This document shows positions 9,883-18,922 of a stretch of 64,000 nucleotides of DNA, in pieces. A program made the translations under genes and the position numbers. Positions within the stretch are counted from its first letter, which is position 1; each line of letters opens with the position of its first letter. The stretch is from Minisyncoccota bacterium (GTDB lineage: Bacteria > Patescibacteriota > Minisyncoccia > Phycocordibacterales > UBA2100). The notes beneath the pieces are model-generated. The model was not told where the DNA came from, did no database searches, and worked only from the letters and a program-made list of their open reading frames with translations. Where the stretch lies: positions 40,719 through 104,718 of the forward strand of contig DASSSZ010000005.1 in NCBI GenBank assembly GCA_035708165.1. The letters run 5' to 3'.

Positions 9883-10278
9883 ATGTTGAAGAGGGACCCT
9901 AAAGTAATCTTTATATTGCTTGCAGTCATTTCCGCAGCCATTGCGTGCGTCGGGTTACTCGGAATGGACCTCATCGGACCCGCTCTCGTGTACGGGATGG
10001 GTGCCTTGGCGGTCGCATTCATTGCGCTTGCGCTGGTTCCGGGAGCGTTTTCTTGGTGGTGGAAATTCGCAATTTGGTATGTGCCTCTTGCTTGCTATCT
10101 TTTTGTCAGGATTATAGTGAGTGACATAAAACTGAAATCAATACCGATGTGGAATTTTTTTAATCCACCAGCATATATTCAATTTCTCTGGATTGCCGGC
10201 ACGTATTTATTTGTCAGCTGTATCTTAGTGGCCCTTTTCCAGCTATTACACCGGACTGAAGCATCGCACCGGAGCTGA
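9883..10278 (+). CDS. membrane protein, putative immunity protein, cassette 3
   Basis: Paralogue of 8602-9078; ATG 6 nt after TACAAT. Confidence 0.75.
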   Translation: MLKRDPKVIFILLAVISAAIACVGLLGMDLIGPALVYGMGALAVAFIALALVPGAFSWWWKFAIWYVPLACYLFVRIIVSDIKLKSIPMWNFFNPPAYIQFLWIAGTYLFVSCILVALFQLLHRTEASHRS

Positions 10279-10395
10279 ATAAGAAACACCCGGCTCGTGA
10301 GAGTCGGGTGCTAGCTTGAAGAACTGTTCGCTAGGGTTTTTCCTGCCGGGGAGCGGTTTCGGATGCATTGCGCGAAGAAAGCTTCGCGAGCTGCT
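10271..10395 (+). repeat. inter-cassette repeat copy 3 (overlaps the 3' end of the opposite-strand gene)
   Basis: GGAGCTGAATAAGAAACACCCGGCTCGTGAGAGTCGGGTG..CTTGAAGA..CTAGGGTTTTTCCTGCC..GAGCGGTTTCG. Confidence 0.85.
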
Positions 10396-10768
10396 CCGGC
10401 AGGCAGCCGATGCAGCCGAAACCCAGCAGGATGGCGATCATTCCAAGTTCGCTGAACTCCCGGCCGGAGAATTGCAGCATGATACCCACTCCGAACAGGT
10501 AATAGCCGAGCCCGACCAGGATCCATATCGTGAAAGCTGCAGTTCTTGCGGGTTCGCTGGCTGGGCTGAGGCGCCCATTGCTCAGCCGGATCCTGCTCGT
10601 GAAGATCATGATCGTGCCCACCAGAACGAAGGCGGAGAGCACGTGCGGGCCGGCTATGGCGACCAGGAGCGGCGAGAGCATCACGAGGACGCAGTTGCCG
10701 AAGAGGGCCGGGAGCTTATGGCGTGCGTACCAGCTGCGAACCGGGACGAACGCGCGGGGTCGGTACAT
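10331..10768 (-). CDS. hypothetical membrane protein
   Basis: Four hydrophobic segments; GGAGGT Shine-Dalgarno upstream of ATG. Confidence 0.65.
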   Translation of the reverse strand: MYRPRAFVPVRSWYARHKLPALFGNCVLVMLSPLLVAIAGPHVLSAFVLVGTIMIFTSRIRLSNGRLSPASEPARTAAFTIWILVGLGYYLFGVGIMLQFSGREFSELGMIAILLGFGCIGCLPEQLAKLSSRNASETAPRQEKP

Positions 10769-10883
10769 CAGATACCTCCATGTATGCTGCGGCCGTTATA
10801 GCATCGCTCGCGCAGGTGCACAATCGGCGGCGCGTGCGGCGCGTATCGTATAATGAGGGCAACGCGGCGCAGCGGCTTCATCT

Positions 10884-12617
10884 ATGTACATCAGCGACAC
10901 GCACCTCAAGGAATTCCTCCTCGATGCAGGCCTCGTCTCGAAGCAGGCGTTCGAGGATGCGGGCAGGAAGGCGAAGGAGAACGGCAACTCGATCGGCGAG
11001 GAGCTAGTCTCGGCCGGCGTCATCGGCGAGGACGAGCTGCGCCGCACGCAGGCGTACATCCTCGGCATCCCGTTCGTGAACCTCGCGGGCACGAAGATCG
11101 ATTACGACACGCTCTCTCTCATCCCCGAGCCGGTCGCGCGGCGCAACAACATCATCTCGTACAAGCAGGACGGCGACGACCTGCAGGTGGCGATGCTCAA
11201 TACGGACGACCTCGAGGCCATCGATTTCATCAAGAAGAAGACGCACCTCAAGATACAGCCGCGCCTCACGGATGTGGCCTCCATCAAGTACGCGCTCAAG
11301 CTCTACCAGCAATCGCTCAAGGACAATCTCGGCGAGGTCATCCGCAAGGAGACGGAGGCGATGGCGCAGATGCCGGACGGCGAGGAGGATCCGCGCAAGC
11401 TCGCAGAAGGCCTGCCGGCCGTGCGCGTGGTGGATACGCTGCTGCGCCATGCGATCGCGCAGAATGCATCGGATATCCATATCGAGCCGCAGGAGGAGAC
11501 ACTGATCATCCGCTACCGCATCGACGGGCTCCTGCATGATGCGATGATCCTGCCGAAGACGGCGCACGCCGGCATCGTGGCGCGCATCAAGGTCCTCACG
11601 AACCTGCGTCTCGACGAGAAGCGTCTCCCGCAGGATGGCCGCTTCGCGATCGAGGAGGCGGGGGAGCGTGTCTCATTCCGCGTTTCGATCCTGCCCACTT
11701 ACTACGGCGAGAAGATCGTGATCCGCATCCTGCGCGAGCGGCAGAGCGGCTTCACGCTCGAGAAGCTTGGCTTCCATGGCGACGCGCTCGAGCAGATCCA
11801 CGACGCGATGCGCCGCACGACGGGCCTCATCCTCACCACCGGCCCGACAGGCGCCGGAAAGTCCACCACGCTCTACACGCTGCTCGACCTCCTGAATACG
11901 CCGGATGTGAACATCTCCACGGTGGAAGACCCGATCGAGTACCAGATGCAGCGCATCAATCAGACGCAGGTCCAGCCGGATATCGGCTTCACATTCGCTT
12001 CCGGCCTGCGCAGCCTGGTGCGCCAGGACCCGGACATCATCATGGTGGGCGAGATCCGCGACGGCGAGACGGCCGCGCTCGCCATCAATGCCGCGCTCAC
12101 CGGCCACCTCGTGCTCTCCACGCTCCATACCAATAGCGCCGCTGGCGCCATCCCGCGCCTGATCGACATGGGCATCGAGCCGTTCCTCCTCGCCTCGACC
12201 TTGCGGGTGATCATCGGCCAGCGTCTCGTGCGCAAGCTCTGCGATGACAAGGCGGAGCGCCCGCTCACGCGCGATGAGACGAGCCGCCTCGAAGAGGCGT
12301 TCGATCTCGGCGTCGTCCTCAATGCCCTCAAGGAAGAGAAGGTCGTGGGCAAGGAAACGACCTGGAAGAACGTGCCCTTCTTCGGCCCGGCCGAGAACGG
12401 CAAGTGCCCGGACGGCTATTCCGGCCGCGAAGGCATCTACGAGGTGCTGAACGTGACGGAAGACATCAAGACGCAGATCACCGGCGGCGCGACGTCCGAT
12501 GACATCGCGGCGACGGCCAAGCAGCATGGCATGCTCACCATGGGCGAGGACGGCATCTTCAAGGCAGCACAGGGGATCACGACGATCGAGGAAGTGCTTC
12601 GTGTCATCAGCGAGTAG
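10884..12617 (+). CDS. pilB: type IV pilus assembly ATPase PilB/GspE
   Basis: ASDIHIEP, RLPQDGR, GPTGAGKSTT, EDPIEY, RQDPDIIMVGEIRD, LSTLHTN. Confidence 0.95.
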   Translation: MYISDTHLKEFLLDAGLVSKQAFEDAGRKAKENGNSIGEELVSAGVIGEDELRRTQAYILGIPFVNLAGTKIDYDTLSLIPEPVARRNNIISYKQDGDDLQVAMLNTDDLEAIDFIKKKTHLKIQPRLTDVASIKYALKLYQQSLKDNLGEVIRKETEAMAQMPDGEEDPRKLAEGLPAVRVVDTLLRHAIAQNASDIHIEPQEETLIIRYRIDGLLHDAMILPKTAHAGIVARIKVLTNLRLDEKRLPQDGRFAIEEAGERVSFRVSILPTYYGEKIVIRILRERQSGFTLEKLGFHGDALEQIHDAMRRTTGLILTTGPTGAGKSTTLYTLLDLLNTPDVNISTVEDPIEYQMQRINQTQVQPDIGFTFASGLRSLVRQDPDIIMVGEIRDGETAALAINAALTGHLVLSTLHTNSAAGAIPRLIDMGIEPFLLASTLRVIIGQRLVRKLCDDKAERPLTRDETSRLEEAFDLGVVLNALKEEKVVGKETTWKNVPFFGPAENGKCPDGYSGREGIYEVLNVTEDIKTQITGGATSDDIAATAKQHGMLTMGEDGIFKAAQGITTIEEVLRVISE

Positions 12618-12718
12618 CAGTAGGCGCTTGCTGATCCTCTCTCGCCAATCATCCCATCCCATCCGCATCCACACGCCGTGCGTCTCGCTCGCACAGCGTA
12701 CGCGTATACTGGTAAGGA

Positions 12719-13936
12719 ATGACGCAGTACCGCTACACGGCGCAGAAGATGGGCGGGGAGACCTACACCGGCGCAGCGGAAGCGCCGGATCGCTTCGCGC
12801 TCTATGAGATGATCCGCCGCGAGGGCGGGAAGGTCGTCTCGGTGGAAGAGGACAGCACGAGCAAGAAGCTCTCCTTCGCGTACTGGAACGCGAAGATCGC
12901 CACCGTTCCCGAGCGGGAGAAGATCCTCTTCGCGCGCAATCTCGCGGCGATGCTGAAGGCAGGCCTCGCGCTCTCCCGCGCGCTCTCAGTGATCGAGCGG
13001 CAGACCAGGCAGGCGAAGTTCGCGAGCGTGCTCGCGCAGATCGGCAGCGAAGTGCGCCGCGGCACCTCGTTCCATGACGCGCTCGCGCAGTACCCGCACG
13101 TCTTCTCGCGCATCTTCATCGCGATGGTGAAGGCGGGCGAGGAGAGCGGCAACCTGCCCGGCTCGCTCGTCACCATCAGCGATCAGATGAACGAGTCGTA
13201 TACGCTCAAGAAGAAGGTGCGGAGCGCGATGATCTATCCCACCATCATCATCGTGGCGATCATCGGCATCGGTGCTGTGCTCCTCACGACCGTGGTGCCG
13301 ACATTGGCCGAGACCTTCAAGGAGCTCGGCGCTCAGCTGCCTGCGACGACGCAGTTCGTCATCAATCTCTCTGATTTCCTCGTGGAGAACACGCTGCTCG
13401 CGCTCGCCATCGCGATCATCGTCATCGTCGGGTTCATGGCGGGCCTGCGCACGACGATCGGCAAGCGGCTCTCGGCCCAGGTCGCCGTGCACATGCCGCT
13501 CATCGGTCCGGTCGTGAAGGAGGTGAACGCGGCGCGCACCGCCCGCACGCTCGGGAGCCTCCTGCACTCGAGCGTGGACATGCTGGCGGCCCTCGAGATC
13601 ACGACGGAGGTCGTGCAGAACCCGCTCTTCCAGGATGTCTTGCGCGAGGCGCATGAGGCTGTCGCCAAGGGCGATCAGCTGCCCGCTGTCTTCATGCGCC
13701 ATGAGAACCTCTATCCGCCGCTCGTCGGCGAGATGCTCTCGGTCGGCGTCGAGACGGGTCAGCTCTCGGAGATGCTGACGCGGCTCGCGGAGATCTACGA
13801 GGAGAGTGTCTCGACGACGACGAAAGACATGTCGACCATCATCGAGCCGTTCCTCATGCTCATCATCGGCAGCGCCGTCGGCTTCTTCGCGGTGGCCATG
13901 ATCAGCCCGATCTACTCGCTCTCGAGCGCGATCTAG
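12719..13936 (+). CDS. pilC: type IV pilus platform protein PilC/GspF
   Basis: Two T2SSF domains, AGEESGNL, AMIYP, GVETGQL, IIEP. Confidence 0.95.
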   Translation: MTQYRYTAQKMGGETYTGAAEAPDRFALYEMIRREGGKVVSVEEDSTSKKLSFAYWNAKIATVPEREKILFARNLAAMLKAGLALSRALSVIERQTRQAKFASVLAQIGSEVRRGTSFHDALAQYPHVFSRIFIAMVKAGEESGNLPGSLVTISDQMNESYTLKKKVRSAMIYPTIIIVAIIGIGAVLLTTVVPTLAETFKELGAQLPATTQFVINLSDFLVENTLLALAIAIIVIVGFMAGLRTTIGKRLSAQVAVHMPLIGPVVKEVNAARTARTLGSLLHSSVDMLAALEITTEVVQNPLFQDVLREAHEAVAKGDQLPAVFMRHENLYPPLVGEMLSVGVETGQLSEMLTRLAEIYEESVSTTTKDMSTIIEPFLMLIIGSAVGFFAVAMISPIYSLSSAI

Positions 13937-13956
13937 CCTGTGCGGCGCAAAGAAAG

Positions 13957-13980
13957 GGCCCCTCGCGAATGCGAGGGGTC
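13957..13980. terminator. bidirectional hairpin between convergent genes
   Basis: GGCCCCTCGC-GAAT-GCGAGGGGTC with A-rich and T-rich flanks. Confidence 0.65.
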
Positions 13981-13987
13981 GTTTGTT

Positions 13988-14251
13988 TCAGGCGAGCCGG
14001 AGCTCGTGGTGCCCGGCTGTGGTCGGGCCGATAAGGAGCGGATGCGCGAGGATCTCGCATCCGTCGCGCGAGGCCCGCACGAGTACGCGCGAGGCATCGC
14101 CCGGCATCGGCTCGATCTGCACGAGATCGCCCGGGCGCACGTCCGCGCCCGCCTTCGGCGGCACGCGGAAGCCGCCGCCATCTGCGAAGCACGCGAACGC
14201 GATCCCGCTCGGGCGCGTGTGCACCTCTGCGACCGTGGTCCGATAGCGCAT
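13988..14251 (-). CDS. small hypothetical protein
   Basis: AGGAG Shine-Dalgarno upstream; ends at the terminator hairpin. Confidence 0.55.
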   Translation of the reverse strand: MRYRTTVAEVHTRPSGIAFACFADGGGFRVPPKAGADVRPGDLVQIEPMPGDASRVLVRASRDGCEILAHPLLIGPTTAGHHELRLA

Positions 14252-14344
14252 GAAGCTTCTCCTGTGGTAGTGCTAACCGGCGCGAGCGTACCATAGCGGC
14301 CGCACGCGCCGCAAGCCTTCGCCGGAGTCCGGTACAATAGGCGC

Positions 14345-16063
14345 ATGCAACGCTCTGCCCGTGCGCGCGGCGTCACGCTCATCGACACGCTGATCGGGAT
14401 CGCGCTCATGCTCGTGGTCTTTGCCGGCATCTCGGAAGTGTTCGTCATCTCCATTGATGTCGTGACGAACGCGAAGGCGCGCATCGGAGCCCTCGCTCTC
14501 GCGAACGATCGCATGGAGTACCTGCGCAGCCTCGCGTATCTTTCTGTCGGCACGGAAGGCGGTATCCCTGCAGGGAACGTGCCGCAGGACGAGACGATCG
14601 AGCTCAATGGCGTCACCTACCTGCGCCATGCCTTCATCCGCTACGTGGACCTGCCGCAGGACGGGACCGGCGCTGCCGATGAGAACGGCATCACTGAGGA
14701 TGCGAAGCAGGCCGAGGTGACCGTCTCATGGGATGATCACGGGCGCGCCCGCTCGATGACGCTCACCTCGCTCTTCGCGCCGCCGGGCATGGAATCCACA
14801 GTGCCCGGCGGCACGCTCGAGATCGTCATCACCGATGCCTCCTCGACCCCGCTTCCCGGCGCCTCGGTGCATATCGTGAACGCAAGCACGACTCCCGCGA
14901 TCGACCTCGTTGCGGCGAGCGATGCGGATGGGGAGGTCGAGCTGCCCGGCGCGCCGGCATCGAGCGGGTACGATATCACGGTCGCGAAGGATGGTTACAG
15001 CTCGGCGCAGACCTATGCGGCATCCGCCGCATTGCCGAACCCGAGTCCGGGGGCGCTGACGGTCGCGCAAGGGAAGACCACGAGCGCGACGTTCGTCATC
15101 GACCGTACCGGCACGCTGACGATCCATACATACAAGCAGATAGCCGCGGAGAGCTGGGAGGATTCGTTCGCCGATGATTCCGGCGTCGCCACCTCGAGCG
15201 GTATGGCGATCGGGGATGGCGTCGTCACGCTCGCGTCCGGCACGGCGGCGGGATCGCTCACTGCCAAGGCCGTCGCGCCTGCGCACCTTGCCGGCTGGAC
15301 GAGCGCATCGTGGGAGGATACGCAGCCCGCCGGCACTGCGATCCGCTACCACCTGTACGCCGGCTCGACGCTCGTGCCGGACTCCGTGCTGCCCGGGAAT
15401 GTCTCCGGCTTCGCAGCCTCGCCGATCGACCTCTCCGGCATCGCGACGAGCACGTACCCCTCGCTCGCGCTCGCCGCGGATTTCACCGGCAGCACGACGA
15501 CATCGCCCTCGCTCACGCATTGGCAGATCGCGTACGAGGAAGGGCCGGACCCGCTGCCGGATATCGGCTATACGCTCACCGGCGAAAAGACGATCGGCCT
15601 CGATGCGGATGGCGCGGCCGTGGCCAAGTACAGCCGTTCGGCCGCGACCGATGCCGCCGGGACCGACGAGCTCGATCAGATGGAGTTCGATACGTACGAC
15701 CTCGCGGTTACGGCGACTGGCACGTACGACGTCGCGGAATCCTGCCCGCCGACGCCGTTCGCGCTTACGCCGGGAGCCGCGCTCGATGCTGCGGTCTACC
15801 TTGCGGACCATACGGCGGACTCGCTCCTCGTGGATGTGCGCGGGAGCAGCGGCGTGCTCCTGCCGGGCGTCGCGCTCACGCTCACGCAGGGCGCTTCGCA
15901 ATGGACGGCGACGACGGATAGCTGCGGCCAGGCGTTCTTCCCGGGGATTCCTGCGGGAAGCGCGTACGGGATCGTTGCGGCCGCGAGCGGGTACCAGCAG
16001 TATACGGAGAGCGGCATCACGGTCGGCAGCGGCTCGCGCCTCTCGATCGTACTCAGCCAATGA
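14345..16063 (+). CDS. type IV pilin-like protein with large C-terminal carboxypeptidase-regulatory/Ig-like domains
   Basis: RG|VTLID class III signal; PLPGASV..V, YDITVAKDGY motifs. Confidence 0.8.
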   Translation: MQRSARARGVTLIDTLIGIALMLVVFAGISEVFVISIDVVTNAKARIGALALANDRMEYLRSLAYLSVGTEGGIPAGNVPQDETIELNGVTYLRHAFIRYVDLPQDGTGAADENGITEDAKQAEVTVSWDDHGRARSMTLTSLFAPPGMESTVPGGTLEIVITDASSTPLPGASVHIVNASTTPAIDLVAASDADGEVELPGAPASSGYDITVAKDGYSSAQTYAASAALPNPSPGALTVAQGKTTSATFVIDRTGTLTIHTYKQIAAESWEDSFADDSGVATSSGMAIGDGVVTLASGTAAGSLTAKAVAPAHLAGWTSASWEDTQPAGTAIRYHLYAGSTLVPDSVLPGNVSGFAASPIDLSGIATSTYPSLALAADFTGSTTTSPSLTHWQIAYEEGPDPLPDIGYTLTGEKTIGLDADGAAVAKYSRSAATDAAGTDELDQMEFDTYDLAVTATGTYDVAESCPPTPFALTPGAALDAAVYLADHTADSLLVDVRGSSGVLLPGVALTLTQGASQWTATTDSCGQAFFPGIPAGSAYGIVAAASGYQQYTESGITVGSGSRLSIVLSQ

Positions 16064-16680
16064 CCACGCATGCTATGACGAGAAACGCAGGATGGAGAAG
16101 ACGGGGCATGACGTTCATCGAAGCGATCGTCTGGGTCGCGATCTTCACGATGGCGATGGTCGCCATCACGGAGACGCTCATCAGCTTCTACCGCGCCAAC
16201 GCCTATACGCTCGAACAGGGCGCGGCAGTCGAGAGCGCCCGTGCCGGTATCACCGCCACCGTCAAGGAGATCCGCGAAGCGCAGTACGGTAGCGACGGCG
16301 CATACCCGATCGTTTCGATCGCGCCGGATTCCTTCTCCTTCTACAGCGACGTGAATGACGATCCGTACGTCGAGGAGGTGACCTATACGCTCGACGGCAC
16401 GAACTTCGTGCGCGGCGTCCTCTCTCCTTCGGGCGATCCGCTCGCGTACGCGGGCACAGCTGCGACCAGCACGGTCTCCGATAACGTGCGCAATGCCGCG
16501 CAGGGCGTGAACGTCTTCACCTACTACGATAAGAATGGCAACGTGATCACCGATTACAGCAAGACGACGGATGTGCGCTACGTAGTGATCGACCTCGTGG
16601 TGAACGTGAACCCGTCGCGTGCGCCGCACGACCTCACGCTCGAGAGCAGCGCAGCGCTGCGCAACCTGGTCGCGCGATGA
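16060..16680 (+). CDS. minor type IV pilin (PilW/GspJ-like)
   Basis: RG|MTFIE prepilin cleavage motif; KEIREA. Confidence 0.85.
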   Translation: MTTHAMTRNAGWRRRGMTFIEAIVWVAIFTMAMVAITETLISFYRANAYTLEQGAAVESARAGITATVKEIREAQYGSDGAYPIVSIAPDSFSFYSDVNDDPYVEEVTYTLDGTNFVRGVLSPSGDPLAYAGTAATSTVSDNVRNAAQGVNVFTYYDKNGNVITDYSKTTDVRYVVIDLVVNVNPSRAPHDLTLESSAALRNLVAR

Positions 16681-18116
16681 TGCGGTACGCTATGGCTATG
16701 CACGGACGGCGCACGCAGCGATCGGGCATCACGGTGATCCTCGTCCTCGTCTTCATGGGGATCTTCATGCTCCTCCTTTCCGGCATCGCGGGATACGTCT
16801 TCGTGGAATCGAAGGTCACGCGCGCGACGTACGTGCGCGAAGAGGCGTTCCAGATCGCCGAGAGCGGGCTCGAGTACTACCGCTGGTTCCTCGCGCACGA
16901 CCCGGGCGACCTCACGGACGGGACCGGCGGGGCTGGGCCGTACGTGCACGACGCGAAGGACGCGGACGGCGGCACTATCGGGAACTATGCGCTCACGATC
17001 AGCGGGAATCTCTCCTGCGGCGTGCTGCAATCCGTCGATATCGTCTCGAAGGGAACGTCCGCGGACGATCCCACGTTCACCCGCACGGTCGAGGCGCGCT
17101 ACGCGAAGCCGTCCGTAGCCGAGTACGCCTACATCATCAATGACAGCGTCTGGGCAGGCGACGACCGCCGGATCACCGGGCCGTACCACGCCAACGGCGG
17201 CATCCGCATGGATGGCACGAACAATTCGACGGTCGAGAGCTCCGTCGCCAGCTGGACCTGCACGAGCGCTTTCGGGTGCGATAGCAGCACCGAAGAGCCC
17301 GGCGTGTTCGGCACTGGCAGCGGATCGAAGTACTGGCAGTACCCGGTGCCGCAGATCGACTTCACCGGCATCGCGACGGATTTCCCCACGCTGAAGTCGC
17401 TCGCCCAGGCACAGGGGCTCTACTTCCCCTCGGTCGGCGGCGGGGATCAGGAGGGCTACCATCTCGTTTTCAATAGCGACAACACGGTCGATGTCTATAA
17501 GGTGACGCGCACGGCCTACATCTCGGCGACGGATATCACCGGGAATTCCAAGCGCGACTACGATACGATCAGGAACCAGACCTGGCTCGGTACGTACAGC
17601 ATCCCCGCGGGCTGCCCGGTCATCTTCGTCGAGGATAAGGCGTGGATCGAAGGAACGATCGCGAGCAAGGTCACGCTCATCGCCGACGACCCCGGCAGCT
17701 ACGCGCCGGAGATCCTGCTCTCGGACGATATCGACTATACGAAAGATGACGGTACGGTCGGCCTCACGGCGATCGCGGAAGGCGACATCCGCGTGCCGTA
17801 CGGGTCGCCGTACGACATGACCGTCCGCGGCATCTTCGTCGCGCAGACCGGCTACTTCGGCCGCGATAGCTACGGCACGGGCGACCACCAGGGGACGCTC
17901 ACGATGACCGGCTCGATCGTCAGCAACCAGCGCGTAGGGACCAAGTGGAGCTATGAATCCTGTAACTGGTGGGGGCAGTGCACCGAGACCGGCTGGTCAG
18001 GATACGATACGCGCGTCAACGCCTACGATCGCGCGCTCGCGAACGATCCGCCGCCGTTCACGCCGGCCGCAAGCCAGGATTCCGCGTTCGTCGTCTGGAA
18101 GGAGGACGTGCGGTAG
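16677..18116 (+). CDS. PilX/GspK-like minor pilin
   Basis: SG|ITVILVLVF with no Glu5, AFQIAESGLEY, C-terminal PP.....W.E. Confidence 0.8.
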   Translation: MMRYAMAMHGRRTQRSGITVILVLVFMGIFMLLLSGIAGYVFVESKVTRATYVREEAFQIAESGLEYYRWFLAHDPGDLTDGTGGAGPYVHDAKDADGGTIGNYALTISGNLSCGVLQSVDIVSKGTSADDPTFTRTVEARYAKPSVAEYAYIINDSVWAGDDRRITGPYHANGGIRMDGTNNSTVESSVASWTCTSAFGCDSSTEEPGVFGTGSGSKYWQYPVPQIDFTGIATDFPTLKSLAQAQGLYFPSVGGGDQEGYHLVFNSDNTVDVYKVTRTAYISATDITGNSKRDYDTIRNQTWLGTYSIPAGCPVIFVEDKAWIEGTIASKVTLIADDPGSYAPEILLSDDIDYTKDDGTVGLTAIAEGDIRVPYGSPYDMTVRGIFVAQTGYFGRDSYGTGDHQGTLTMTGSIVSNQRVGTKWSYESCNWWGQCTETGWSGYDTRVNAYDRALANDPPPFTPAASQDSAFVVWKEDVR

Positions 18117-18171
18117 GCGGGAATCGCCGCCTCCCGCAGCGGCGTTCCTGATGTGCTACAATCGCACTATC

Positions 18172-18918
18172 ATGGCAGTCACGATCGTCGCGAACTGGAA
18201 GATGCACCCGCAGACGAAGGCCGGCGCGAGGGTGCTGGTCTCGGCGACGAAGAAGGCAGCAAGGACCATCCGCGGGCTCTCGGTCATCATCGCGGCGCCC
18301 TCGATCTTCCTCGCCGAGGCGGCGAAGGGCCCTAAGAGCGCCAAGGTCGCTTTCGCGGCGCAGGATATCCACTTCGAGAAAGTCGGGGCATTCACCGGCG
18401 AGACGTCTGCGTGGCAGGCGAAGGATGTCGGCGCCGCCTATACGCTCATCGGCCACTCGGAGCGCCGCGCGATGGGGGAGACGGACGAAGACACGCGCAA
18501 GAAGGTCGCTGCTGCGCTCGCGGCAGGCCTCAAGCCCATCCTCTGCGTCGGCGAGAAGCACCGCGATAGCGAGGGCGAGTACCTCGCGGGCTTCAGCGCG
18601 CAGCTGATGACCGGGCTTGCCGATGTTCCCGCGAGCAAGCTGAAGGCAGTCTCGATCGCATACGAGCCGGTATGGGCTATCGGCGGCGAGAAGCCCATGT
18701 CGCCGAACCTCATGCATGAGACCTCGCTCTATATCCGCAAGGTGCTCTCCGAGCGCTTCGGCAAGGCGGCCCTGAGCGTGCCCATCCTCTACGGCGGCTC
18801 CATCACCGAGCAGACCGCGCGCGAGATGATGACGGAAGGCGAGGTGCAGGGCCTCCTCGTGGGCCACGTCTCCGTGGACCCGGTGCGCTTCGCGACCCTC
18901 CTTAAGAGCCTTGCCTGA
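18172..18918 (+). CDS. tpiA: triosephosphate isomerase
   Basis: ANWKM, GAFTGE, IGHSERR, AYEPVWAIG, LYGGS. Confidence 0.95.
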   Translation: MAVTIVANWKMHPQTKAGARVLVSATKKAARTIRGLSVIIAAPSIFLAEAAKGPKSAKVAFAAQDIHFEKVGAFTGETSAWQAKDVGAAYTLIGHSERRAMGETDEDTRKKVAAALAAGLKPILCVGEKHRDSEGEYLAGFSAQLMTGLADVPASKLKAVSIAYEPVWAIGGEKPMSPNLMHETSLYIRKVLSERFGKAALSVPILYGGSITEQTAREMMTEGEVQGLLVGHVSVDPVRFATLLKSLA

Positions 18919-18922
18919 ACGT

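Noticed and set aside
9030-10395. Repeat array as CRISPR or integron attC cassettes
   Set aside because: The repeats are over 120 bp and separated by whole genes; there are no cas or integrase genes and no RYYYAAC/GTTRRRY pair bounding the hairpin
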